From NCBI RefSeq assembly GCF_001194135.2, contig NC_068982.1, forward strand, positions 151,132,317-151,196,316: 64,000 bases of DNA, given 5' to 3'. The translations under genes and the position numbers were made by a program. This document shows, in pieces, positions 27,721 through 40,010 of this stretch; the first letter of the stretch is position 1, and each line of letters starts with the position of its first letter. This DNA comes from Octopus bimaculoides. Taxonomy: Eukaryota. Under the pieces are notes generated by a model. That model ran no database searches. It was not told the DNA's origin and saw only the letters and a list, made by a program, of their open reading frames with translations.

Positions 27721-28599
27721 ATAACTATTTATGTGCATTAAATTGTTACATATTTGGGAAGGCAGGCTCTAGTTTTGTCACGAATATATTATTGCTGATG
27801 TTAAAATTTTGATGTAAATGATATTGAGCTTTAAATGCACCGATCTAGTACAGAATAGGACAACATATTGTTACTTTAAAATTAGTATTTATACTGTTTA
27901 ATAAATATAAACTCTTTATATTATACAGATTAGGTAACATCTTTTCTACTTTCAGTCTCACCAGGGCCAACTTCGTTTTTCACTTATCCAGGAGTCGGTA
28001 AGATAAATCTTAGTTGCAAGCTGAAATCACTTCAAATAGCTTCCCTTATATAATATCTCCCGCCCTAGAAAAATTGGCCCTCTACTTTGCAGTAATACGA
28101 TCCTCATTCCATAAATAATAATTCTATATGACTAATGTTATGATAAAATGTCGTTTTCAAATGAGCTCTCAACATATTGTGGAAATGTAACTAATTCTGG
28201 GCTAATTCATGCATCTTACAGGAATATTTGTTGGAAGAAACAATTTTATTTCTGGCTGTTTCTCGTGACTCTCGACTTTGAATGACTCACTAACATGTTG
28301 AAGACATCTAAATTCTAGGCTAAGCCTACATTTTATAAGGTTTTTTTAGGAAGAGGTAATTGTCTTTCTGGATGTTTGTTGCAGTTTATCTGTTTTATTA
28401 TTGACTTATGTATTTGAAATTAAAGAAACATCAAGGGTTAGGGTTAGGGTTATTTATATTTGATTAAGATGTTTGAAGCATCTAACAGTCCTTCAAAATA
28501 AATCAATTTCACATAAAAACCCTACGCGAACGTTACTTAAGGGAAGAATTATTAGATAAATGCATATGTATGTAACTTGTGAAACTAGTGGGCTTATGA

Positions 28600-29760
28600 C
28601 TAGGCACTTGGTGAGGCAAATCCATGCTGACAGCAGCAATTTTTCTGGCGGTTTGAGAATCGGTTAAAGTTGCGCAGAGCCTGGTTCGCATCAAACATCT
28701 AGGTAGACAGGAACTGAGAAGGGCTCGCAAACAGGGTAGTCAGTCTCTTTAGAAATGGGCTTAGAAATGTCTCTGGAAGGCTGGGCGGGAGTATCTAATA
28801 ATGCATTTATCGTCTCAGTTGTATACTACCGCTTGACCGTCGTACCTTGTCCAAAGAAACTTTTGGTTAGATCGGAGCGCTTGTTTCCCCCTTTCTTGTG
28901 AAAAGGGCAACTTACGTTGGTCAGAAAATCCACCTGCTGTCAACAACCACTCTGTTATTGTCTCGGGATGCTATCCATAATGATGCATCAGCAAGCGCTG
29001 ACGCTGACGCTGACGCTGACGCTGACGCTGACGCTGACGCTGACGCTGACGCTGACGCTGACGCAGAAATATCTGGATCACTGCGATAGTATCAAGGACG
29101 ACATCGAAAGCGACAGTGTCTTTCGTGCAAAACGTCTTTCATCAGTTCCTCTCCTTGCCCGAGCTGTAGTCATGACACAAGCGTGGTCCAAGATTGAGCG
29201 TTTGTCATCGAGAATATTGCCAGGTACTCACAGTATTTTACTAGCTGGACAAAGTCTTTAGCGGAAAAAACAACTCAAATTTTCTATTGAGGTTAAGTTG
29301 AGGGCAGGATAACCTGGGATTGACTCTGGGCATCGATAAGAACAGTCCGAGGAGTCTCTTCTGGAGGACTTTCAGATCGAGGACTATGGGCAACTTTCAA
29401 AAGTCCTTGGGATAGCACTCCTACAGGGTAGGCATTACCTCTTCGGGATAAGCACTTCAAGAATGGAAGCGTTAGAAGCTGAACCTGTTCAGTGTCCGTG
29501 CGTTAGCAGCTTGTGGTCTGGTCTCGAACAGTTGCTATGTTGTGTGGGGCGAATCCAGCTGCCCGCAGTGTGTGCAGTGAAGATCAAGTCACTGCTTTCC
29601 TTTATCAGAGAATGGGAGTAAAACTTTCTCTGTTTAGTGGTTGTAGCGAAAGAGGTTGTATGGTGGCTTCTTCTGAAAGTTTTGAAAACATTCTCTTTTC
29701 TATTTGACCAAATTCTCATCGATTTTATTCAAGTGTTACTTGAAGATGAAGGCGAAAGTA
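28600..29760 (+). mobile_element. L1/Tx1-clade LINE ORF2 C-terminal remnant
   Basis: AWFASN, MSLEGWAGVSNNAFIVSVVYYRLTVVPCP...ERLF.FL*KG..LVRKSTCCQQP..LGM, ALPLRDK, QCPCVSSLW: typical L1/Tx1 thumb and Cys-rich motifs. Confidence 0.75.
28997..29062. repeat. (GCTGAC)11 hexanucleotide microsatellite inside the L1/Tx1 remnant
   Basis: Eleven perfect units counted. Confidence 0.95.
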
Positions 29761-30077
29761 GAGAGGAAGATGTTGTCTTCTAGTGAGTTTATGGAAAGGT
29801 GGATGAAAGTGAGTCTGAATGAGCTTACTTTGAGTGTACTCCTTTAAGCAGAAGGAAAGAAACTGAGGACAGCATGGTATGTGGAGTTTTCCCTAAGTGG
29901 AATGCATCCTTATTAGGGATTCTATTTATTTATTTTTTTATGTCTATGAATTTCTTTTGAGAGATGTAGATTTCAATTTATGTGCTGTATTCCGTCCTTT
30001 AATGTTGTCCTAAATGCCTGGGGCATTGGCACAAAGCAGTATTTAGGTATGGGGAGAATTTAGTTTAGTTGAAATAT

Positions 30078-30226
30078 ACATTATTTACATTATTTACAAT
30101 GGACGGTTATTTATCCTCATCTTGTTTGTTGCTAACACAACGTTTCGGCTGATATACCCTCCAGCCTTCATCAGGCGTCTTGGGGAAATTTCGAACCTGG
30201 GTTCTCATTCTTAAGGTATTTTTCGA

Positions 30227-30297
<71 letters not shown>

Positions 30298-30380
30298 TCA
30301 CTGCCTGGAATCGAACTTGGAATCTTGGGGTTAGTAGCCCGCGTTCTTAACCACTACGCTCTTAACCTCTACGCCACATG

Positions 30381-30383
<3 letters not shown>
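30078..30383 (-). mobile_element. tRNA-headed SINE with internal (AAT)n and a hammerhead-containing tail
   Basis: Minus strand: A box tggcgtag(a/t)gg (duplicated), B box gttcgattcc, (AAT)n, unique tail containing ctgatga...gaaac, ending in aataatgta repeats. Confidence 0.85.
30134..30179 (-). ncRNA. Minimal type-I hammerhead ribozyme motif (PLE-like, palindromic stem III)
   Basis: GACGC-CUGAUGA-A-GGCUG-gaggguauau-CAGCC-GAAAC-GUU-GUGUU. Stem I GACGC/GUGUU (with G-U pairs), perfect 5-bp stem II, self-complementary AACGUU, predicted GUU cleavage triplet. Activity untested. Confidence 0.7.
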
Positions 30384-30592
<209 letters not shown>

Positions 30593-30609
30593 TAGTTGAA
30601 ATATGTGAC

Positions 30610-31340
30610 AAACATATTTCAACTACTAAAGGCAAATATACTGCCGTTAGCGTGGAGAAAAAAAAATCTCTCTTATGGTAAAAATGTGTGAAAATACTCA
30701 GTTCGTTCAATGTCACCATCTTTCGGGAAGTATACATTCGCATACACCTAGATATGAATGAAGATTTCATCCATAGTTTCCAGGGTTGAACATCTATATA
30801 TACATGAATAAAAATAGCCATTTTTGCAAAAGGAAAGTTTTGATATATTATTTTTATGCTATTTTCTTATTGGCTTTCTCTACACAAAAATATTTAAAAC
30901 CATTTCATTGTGTTCACTAAGTTTGGCAAGAATCGTAAAGCTTTTCTTTTGGAGAATATACAGTGCATACAATACAGTTGTATAACATATTGAATGCGTT
31001 TTACTTCACATATTTTGCAAATGCTCTCGAGAAAAGTTTGCAAGTTATAGTTTTGAATTTACTTTCTATTAATTTTGTCTTACTAACGTATGATTGCATA
31101 ATTCCTGACTTTTAAATTTAATTCCTAAACATATTAATGAACTCATTATAAAAATGGCCTGAAATGAAAATATAATGATTTAAATCATTTTCCTCCGTTT
31201 GACATTTTAACGCAATATTTTATTCATTGATATTCATCACTCACCATGATTAAATTGTTAGTGAACTTGTTCTCAGGTATGGCAGCTCATGCCATATGTA
31301 CAACAACCAATGTCATTACCAAATAACAGCAAGTTATTCA
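30610..31340 (-). mobile_element. Possible MULE (Mutator-like) transposase remnant
   Basis: FGNDIGCCTYG, LIMVSDEY (cf. L..L.V.DEYG.G), FKYFCVEKANKK (cf. LK..YL..K.NKR); heavily decayed. Confidence 0.4.
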
Positions 31341-31769
31341 TACTCCTTAATCTGTTGACTCATGGCCACCATTTTGTTAATCGATTTTGCAATAATTAAA
31401 ATTACAAACCTCAACTGAAATTAACTGCGTACAATATTTTACAAATTAATTTTTAGCTCATGTGATAATTCAGAAATAGCCTCATTTAATTCCAAGGACT
31501 AATCCAGTGCGAAAAAGCTTTTTAGTTAACGTTATTTCATCAAATCTAATAACAAGTCTTTATCTTTACATTTGGCCGCAGAAAGACTCAGTCCTCGACA
31601 TCAATACATGTCTGGTATCTATTTTATCGACTCACTAAGAATAAACTTCAGACAAACCGATCTAAGCAAGTAAACTAACCTTCTAACAATTCTCCATCTC
31701 GATCGACCCCCCCAGCTCTAATAATAATTTGTAATATATATACAAGACTGTAAAGGTCGAGAGAAGGGT

Positions 31770-31930
31770 GTAGACAATTAAATTTATACCAGTACTTGAA
31801 TGGTACGTTACTTTATCGACATCAGAAAGATGAAAGGTAAAGGCAACTTTAGTGGGATTTCAGCTTTCAATATAAAGGGATATAGCTATTGAATATTTTG
31901 CACTGCACACCACAGATTTTACAATTCCGT
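31770..31930 (-). mobile_element. Old, diverged family A SINE copy
   Basis: tggtac.ttactttatcgac...gaaagatgaaaggtaaaggcaac is the degenerate reverse complement of the family A core. Confidence 0.5.
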
Positions 31931-32886
31931 CGACTTCTTCCGTCCTAACAATAAAAGTATGATTAAAAATTCAAAGTGCACTATTGTTAAACAAGTTTTA
32001 TATAAAGCAGAAAAAACCTTCATAGATAAAAATGATTCTGTTGTTATCCAAATCTACCATTCTTTTATTGTATATTTTGACAAATCTTGGTGTCTTTCCG
32101 ACACGTACCTCAAACTGTGTTAGGCTTATTTAAACTTATTTAGCATTTCGTGGTTTTGCTGTTGAATTCATCTTTGTATTTTAAAAAGTAAATTTGAATA
32201 ATAGTTTCCCCTCCTCCCCAAACAGCATTTCACTCGAAATAATTAGCATTATTGTTACGGGTGTTAAGAAATGAATTTCTGTGGGATGTGTTGATGCTAG
32301 TCAATAAATGTGTGTGGGACTTTGCGATTGAATGTCTGTGGAAAGAGTTAATGTTTATGAATGTTTGTGGTAAGTGTTAATGTTAGTGAATAAATGTCTA
32401 TGGGAGGCGCTGAGAAATTATGAGTCAGTCGTAACTGCCCAATGATCATTGACGAACAATAATAGGTAATAGATTCATAGATTAATGGAAATCTGGAGGT
32501 GAAAGGATGGCGGATTGAGAAGGTGACTCTGATAATAGTGAAAAAAGTTTTGAATCTTGTTTTATTTCTGAGAATAATTAAGTGAATTAAAGCACAATGT
32601 TCATTTGTAACACTTCACTGAAGTTCTTAGATTAAACTTATTGGAGTTTTATAGAGAAAGATATTACTTAGTTGCTATTTTGTAATAGGATTTAGATTTT
32701 ATGCTACTAAGTAGTGATTGATATTGAAGTTCCTATTGGTGATAAATGAAAACGAGTGTGTTGCCTCATGTCAGAAATATGTGAATGCTAAATACGCGAT
32801 AGACACCCACAATTTGAAAATTATTCACTTGATAAATATTATTTTCAAATACAACAACAACAACATAATAATAATAATAGTAATAA

Positions 32887-33753
32887 GCCCAAAGTAAGGA
32901 AACCTTGCTAGTGACAGTAAGGAACGAGGGAATATTGAAAGAGAAAAAAGGAAAAACAAAGGAAGAAGTACAAAAAGGACACGAAGAAGAATTACGCAAG
33001 AAGAGACTACACAATCAATTCCATGCAGCCACAACAGAGATTTCTGGAAAAAATAGGTGGGATTGGCTGATGAAAGAAACACTAAAAAAAGAGACCGATA
33101 GCACTATACCGGCAGTGCAAGACCAAGCTTTGGCTACGAACTGGAGGGTTAACCTCAAGAATGGGCAAGTGTCTCCGCTGTGCTGCATCTGTAATAGAGT
33201 GGATGAAACCATTGCTCATATCACGAACGAATACCCCAGACTTGCCCAAAACCACTACAAGTTGCGGCGACACGATCAGGTAGCGAAAGTGTTACACTGG
33301 AAACTGCGAAAAGTGGGGGCTAGAGAGAAGCAAAACGTAACAGACCAGACCTAGCGGTGATGGACAAGATGCACCACATATGCTATATAGTTGATGTTGC
33401 ATGCCTCTTTGACCCACGAATAGTCAAAAAGGAAGGCGACAAGATAGATAAATACAACCTTCTTAAGTTTGAAATAGCCTAGCCGTGGAAAATGAAGAAG
33501 GTGAAGAAAGTGCCAATTATTGTTGGGTCCTTGGGAACAATATCGGAAGGCATCAAGAGGAATATAAAGGAAATTGGAATAGAGTACCTAGTAGAACTGT
33601 TACAAAAGATTTGCCTCCTTGGCACGGCCAGAACAATCAAAAAAGTATTAGATAGCTGAAAAGAATGGATAGCGTGCTATGGTAGGCTGCAGGTACAAAA
33701 CCCACTACACATGTAAGACTCCAGGAGCTCTAACAAAACCTGTGATAAAGAGA

Positions 33754-33796
<43 letters not shown>
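32887..33796 (+). mobile_element. 5'-truncated R4/Dong-type LINE with (AAT)n tail
   Basis: ORF 32905..33354: LHNQF...WDWL.K.TLKKETDS.I.AVQDQALATN...CCICNRVDETIAHI..E..LAQNHYK.RHDQVA; then RPDL, IVDVACLFD, VPIIVGSLG, LQKICLLGTA.TIKKVL; (AAT)n at 33754-33796. Confidence 0.9.
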
Positions 33797-34249
33797 TTCA
33801 AAGTTAAACAATAAAAACGATAATTTTCTTATACGTTAATTAACCTAACCAGTAAATAATCATGATATAAAAGATGATATAAATACTGTATTTACTACTA
33901 AAACAGATTAGTATTTACCAGATTTGTGTTAGTAAATACCATCACTAAATTGGCTTTTACTGTTATGCCATTAGGAACAAGATTGTTGTTTCTAATCAGC
34001 TCAGACCGACAAAACACGTGATCAATTGCCAACAATTAAAAACATAACAGCCGCTATCATTTCTTATTTTTTGTTTTAGGACAGTAATCTATGTTTAAGT
34101 TATTGGATGTAGCTTTCCTGCTCTTCTTGTAAGGCAGTGGATTGCAATTTGGCTGATATTTCTAATATATCGGATAATGACATAAAGGTCTTCATGTTGA
34201 GTCAATGGTGGCTTATAAATGGACTGGGTACTTGGCTGATGTTGGCTCA

Positions 34250-35015
34250 ATCGAGTTGTGGAGCACTCACTGGTGAAACTAGAATTATTGGCATGGATTT
34301 TGCTGATGATACAGTCACTCTGGTTGAGTCAGTGGAGCGCTCTCCTGTCACTAAATGAGGAAGTGGAACCACTTGGCCAAAGAGTTTCTTGCCGCAAGAC
34401 AAAGATTAAATCTTTCGTTGGCTGTCTGGGGGACTCCATCTGGTCTGTTTCTGTTGCAGGTGAGAATGCCGAAGTAGTTGACCGCTTCACTTGCCTCGGC
34501 AGTGTGATTAATAGCCGCGAGTCCGAAGACTTATATGCACTGATGCAGTTGTGAATTCCCTGGTCAATTAAGTTTGGCGCTGCTGATGTCTGAGTAGAGG
34601 GACAAAGGTTAAGTTTTTCAGGTCTTTTGTCCTCTCTATCTTGCTCTATCTTGTTCTATAGTTGCGAGACGTGGACACTGTCCGAGGCTCTTATGGACCA
34701 CCTGAACTCCTAAGTTGCCATTGGTCGGATTTCGTATTCAACTAACGATTATACTCAGAAATATGTATGCGTCCTGCTACCTGTATAATTCGGGAGCGTC
34801 AGATCAGACAGTTTGGTTATGTTGGATCCGGCTGTGGTGGCGGCTCGCGTTGGTCGGCTACGCAGCACATGGTTACCTTGGATGAGGAAGTAACTCGCAG
34901 AAATGGGGACTGACTGAGATATTGTTCGGAGGTTGCACGGGACGACCCGAGCAAATACCGACAAATGATGTATGTTGCGAAGCACTTCAACGGCGCATAT
35001 ACTTATACCCAACCT
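34250..35015 (+). mobile_element. RTE-clade LINE RT C-terminal/3' remnant
   Basis: MDFADDTV.L, KTKI, EVVDRFTCLGSVI, then LYSCETWTL-like text (gttgcgagacgtggacactg) and a 3' end; frameshifted. Confidence 0.7.
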
Positions 35016-35019
35016 AAAA

Positions 35020-35580
35020 ATGTCAATCAGTAATTTGATAAATTGATTAAAGTTTTGGTAATTATCGTTTTCATTGGTATACTTACTTTGATTATTCACT
35101 AAAATGCTCCAATAGCCAACCGTTTAAGAGCATAAATTCATTGACCATTCTTCTAAACCGCCTTATGCATATTCTGTATTTAATTTTTGCAGTCGTTGTT
35201 TCTTGGCAGTATCATTCTGAATTTTGTCTTTAAAGGTTATTTTATTAAAGCTCAATTTATAATCCCTTATCATCCAACTCTATCATTCTTCTAAAATAGA
35301 AATAATTTTACATTTCTATCCAAGTCTAATCTTCACAGCCCTGCCAATGTATAGATTAATATAGACGGTGCAGCTACAAGAAAATAGTTGCTTTACTATT
35401 TTGTTCCTAATGTCTTTCATCCGAGTTAAAATTATCAAATCGATAGAACAAATATCTATAAGATTTTGAGATTGATTTGAGGCATTTACAGCGATTTCTT
35501 TCACAAAAAATCTTTTTAATGAAAAATTATGTTTTCTTACAATAAATACTACATTATTCATGTTTTCTTAGATTAGTTTA
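35020..35580 (-). mobile_element. Penelope-like GIY-YIG endonuclease remnant
   Basis: ORF 35316..35561 ends QLFSCSCTVYINLYIGRAVKIRL (cf. Y.F.C.C...YIG.T.R.L); a downstream AIGEH-like motif is split by a frameshift. Confidence 0.55.
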
Positions 35581-37530
35581 AAGATTCGTTTAGATGCTTA
35601 GATTATATCTATATGTTAGAACTATAACATTTATGTATATAGTGTACGTATAACATCCACACGTTTAGACTATAACGTCTATACGTTTAGACTGCAATGA
35701 GAAATCTTTATTTCTAGAACTCTTTTATTATTAAGTGTTATTGAATGGCAAAATTGACGGAATATCAGATTATCACATGGATTTTCTTGCATAATTTAAT
35801 TTGGTTGCTTTTCTGTCCAAATTTTAGTGGACTCCATTAAAGTTATCTCTTTGGGCATTGATTCTGTGAATTAAACTCCTTACACATCTGGATCTTTGCG
35901 CAAATGAAGGAAGTCATAAAAGTAAAATCTAAGTAAGAACAAAACGAGTTTTAAAAATAACAATGATTCATAAGATTATTGTTAGTTGCAATGTGAGAGT
36001 CTATGACTGAATTGATATGAAGTACCAAAGCTTTACACCGTCCTATGTAGGCCTTGGAAGGTATTTTACCTTTGCTTTCTCAAATCCAAACTGTCAGATG
36101 CACTGCTTTTGTTTTTATTTTTATGGAAATGGCAATAAAGTATGCATTACAAGGCATTACTTGCCTTATACAGATCGAATATTTGAGTTTTTGTTTTAAA
36201 GAAAAAATATCGATACGGATCATTATATCTCCCTATTTCGTCACGGTAGCTAAACCACAAAATACCGGAACAGGCGATTTTATCGATACGAAACGAGGTA
36301 ATTAAGCATTTGAAGTAACAAGTGGCAAATGGTGGCAAAATATTCAGAAGTGTTTGATAAAAATGGGAATTCACTGATCTAAAATGTATACTTTAACTGA
36401 CAGAAATTAGATGACGTAAAACACAGATGTCAGTGTTGATATTAAGTAAAAAAAAAAACTAAATTTGTCTGTTTTGTTTTTACTTAACTATTTACAACAA
36501 AAACTTTATATTCTTAAACATTTGAAGACATCAATAGTTACATACGTAGTGTAAGTATGTAGGAAGACACAAACGTTGTATTAATAACAGTTCTCGACTT
36601 AAGAGTTGTGAGTTGATATCCACTTAGATAATACCTTCTGCCTCCAACCATCTACAAGCTTTTGATAAGAAAATAAAGAAAACTTGAACAACGAGAGAAA
36701 AAAAAAATCTAGTAAATTTCTTGACAGTGTTGAGAATCGATCTTGTCATGCGGAAATAATAATGAAGAAGAAAGAAAAATGCTTCCTATTTTTTTTATCT
36801 CTGTTCTGTGCACTAACATAACTAGCTTATTCGAAGAGCAAAACAATTATATATAAAACCGTTACAAGATACAGCTTCAGGGATCGAATTCTGACAATAG
36901 AATTTTTTTTAATGAAATGATTACTGAAATGACATTACATGAATAATATAGAAAAATTAATTGATAGAACCATACTCAAATTAACGCTTAAAAAATTAAG
37001 CTGATCACATTTGCCTGTAAGAAATATACGGAGAACGTGAGATGTAAAGGTTAGAAAGAGTGAACTTTACAGAAATTTACGAGGATATCCTTTTCACATC
37101 TCATAATTTCTGTATTTGAATTACCTCCATGATATCACGCTTTCGAATTTCAACTTGGTAGAGCCGTTATCAAATACATAAACGTCACTACGTTTTTTTT
37201 TTTATTTACCGTAATTTATGCCCAGTTAAATAATTTATTAAGCTTACTTACACAAAGGTGGTTTTAGAAATGTACCGGAAGTATTATATAGACAACACGC
37301 GCTGATTTGTACAAAGCAAATGTACATAGGCAACAAGCACAGATTATACCATATAAATAGAATTTTGATAATTACCAACGTTGTTCTTTAGCTTCAAATC
37401 ATCTCGGATCAAGCAGACACATAGCGAAACGCATTTTAGCCTTCGACAGACACCCACGTCTTTTTAGGTGCCTGTCTAAGGCTATATTATGTCTATCTTT
37501 ATTATTAAAGACTGTAGAGTCTAATTGGTG

Positions 37531-37629
37531 GGGAGACTTGGCCGTTATTTCTAGCAAGTGGTTGCCTATAGTATGTGGTTGCATATGTGTAAGTGGTTGC
37601 CTATAGGATCTGCTACAAATAGCAGCCAA
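37531..37629. mobile_element. Two family B core fragments in opposite orientation around a short tandem repeat
   Basis: gggagacttggccgttatttctagca (minus) and gatctgctacaaatagcagccaa (plus) flank aagtggttgcctatag repeats. Confidence 0.55.
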
Positions 37630-39261
37630 TTGGTTTAAATCCTTCTGAATGGTAAACAGAGTGAAATTGTCACGAAACGAAGTAGAACGAGTAAGACACA
37701 AAATCACAAATTACCAACCAAGCAATCAAGATTTAACATTGTTTGACTTTTGCTTTCTTATAACATCTTTGATTAGGCATGAACCCAATTAAAGTTCGAT
37801 TTTGTTCATGAAGACAGAACTCGGTTTATAACGAGATGTGAAATCCCGATTCATGGATTAACGTCCTTTACTTGATATTGATTATATTTAACATCCAATT
37901 ATTGATTCTACAGTTCAGGAAGTTATTCTAGGAAATGGCTTAGAAAGGAAGCATTATTGCTTTTGATTCACGAATTAACGAAACCGCCTCTACACTAACA
38001 TCATTGTCTTAACAGAATCAATATTTATTTTGCTTTAGCAGGAAGTTTTGATGTACATGAGTGATACAACATCAGCATATTGCTAGACATGAACTGGGGG
38101 AAGAGCTCAGTGCGTGACAAATGACTCTCACACGGGGGTGAGTTGGTGACATTTTGTTTGAACAACTATAGTCCGATGTTTGTAAGAAAGACATGGGCAG
38201 AGAGAGGAATTACACTGCGTTTCAGTTTGTAGGGAGGTGGATTAGGTGGGTTTGCTATAAGTAAGACCCCACATGAATAACGTAGTAGAAGAGAGTTGTT
38301 CTGACGTTTTGTGGAGAAGGGGTATATAGATATGGGGTTCAGAAAAGGAGAGATCATTTTAGTAGTGGCAGATGAGTAGAAATGAACAAACAGCTATCCA
38401 TGGGCTAGTGGTTGGAGCTAGCCGATAACATAGGTATTTACTCAGAAGTTAGGAACAAAATATAGATGCTATAAATACCTTATACAATTCTTTGACTCCA
38501 ACCGAAATACATTCTTAGGGGATTAATGAGGAAAGAAGTGAGTTGGTAGAAACGGCACGCCGTTGAATTAAGCCTCTACAGTATTTAGTTACTTACCAGA
38601 GCCGTACTAGAAAGATAATTAATTGTCAATTCATTCTATAATCCGTTTCAGTCACAATAGCCTAGCTGATGCTAATCGTAGGAAATCAATACTTTTGACA
38701 GTCTGAATTAAGATTGCAGATTTGGAAAGGAATGATACGAAACCGGTGGATTAACATCGCGAGGTATAGTGCCTAATATTCTGAAAAGCTGTTAATCTGG
38801 ATTTATATTCTTTGTCCGACAACTAACACTAACTAGAAACAAAAGATAATTTTGTTTGACTAAGCACATATTGAAGAGAATACTCCAGTATGGCCTTAGT
38901 TGTGGTAGCTAAAACCAAGAAAAAATAGAAAAAATCTCCGTCGGAAGAATATTACTGGAAGTTATTTTGTAAATCTGAATTTAGAAACGTAAGATACTGA
39001 TTTAGATTCTATAAAATAACAAATCAGATTCTCTTTCATCTCAGTCAATATTAACCGTTATAGATGTATAAATATGGCAGACGAAATATACCAATTTAAA
39101 ACATGATATAGTTAGAAATATAAAATATGGTGTTAATATTCTGATCAATGATTATACTATTTTAGAAAAAAAAAAAAAAAATTCTCTTAGAAATAAGTCA
39201 TTTATTTGTTTATTTTCATTTTCCAGTTATTCGGTTTTAATAGCAAGAAAGGTGAGTCAAC

Positions 39262-39470
39262 CAGAGAGGCCTCTACTGAGTCGCTTGACCTACAGAAATA
39301 ACAGTAAATATATCTCAAAGCATGTCTTATTATCTTAAAAGTGGATGACATTGGATAATGTATGTAGTCCTTGCTATCTTATACCCGAAAACAAGACGAG
39401 ATAATTACGACTTGAACTCTTTCGGTTACAGTTCTACTCAATACGGTGGACCTGGGGTTGTACAACAGCA
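39262..39470 (+). mobile_element. Family B SINE-like copy
   Basis: ttgacctacagaaataacag...cattggataatg...ggacctggggtt..aacagcaaac. Confidence 0.6.
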
Positions 39471-39809
39471 AACATGATTCTGTACAGATTCTAAACAGGA
39501 TTCACATTACAAAAATGTATTAGAACCAGCTTGATTTACGTCAGCAGAGATCAGTTCAGTTTTGTAACATAAAATAAGTTCCTTGTGTTATGAGAAGTAA
39601 TTCCTACGTTTCAAACAGAGTTCGTTCTTTGAAGATTTAAGTATTAGAAGGGCTCATATCAAAATATAAAAAAACCTCAGACATTCCTGAACGGAATACG
39701 AACTCATATTTCTTTTATAAACCGATTCTATATAGAGTGTACAATCAGAGGTGATATAATGCTACATCATATCGTCAACAACACGAGCCAACAGGGCACG
39801 TCAGCGCAG

Positions 39810-40010
39810 TTGCCTGATCTATTAGAATAATAGAAATACCAACCAAATTTCCTTCAAATCACGTAATAACGTCTTAGAAATAGAAAGATACTTTAGAGAA
39901 TGTAGTCCTTCATGCATTATGCCTTACATGAAGACGGAATTGTCACTGCTTCACATTTTTGACTATAGGGCTATTCAGTCGTGGCTGAACTTGGGTTGAA
40001 CAGCAGTAAT
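39810..40010 (+). mobile_element. Family B SINE-like copy
   Basis: tagaaataccaaccaaatttccttcaaatcac...aatgtagtcct...ggctgaacttgggttgaacagcag. Confidence 0.6.

Noticed and set aside
28434-28451. Interstitial telomeric (TTAGGG)n
   Set aside because: Only about three units; uninformative.
29110-29150. Minus-strand ctgatga...gaaa as a hammerhead (likewise ctgaaga...gaaa at about 8530-8550)
   Set aside because: No pairable stem II, and the 29-kb motif lies inside L1 coding-derived sequence.
32280-32600. Possible PLE RT fragment on the minus strand
   Set aside because: Motif matches are too weak to support a call.
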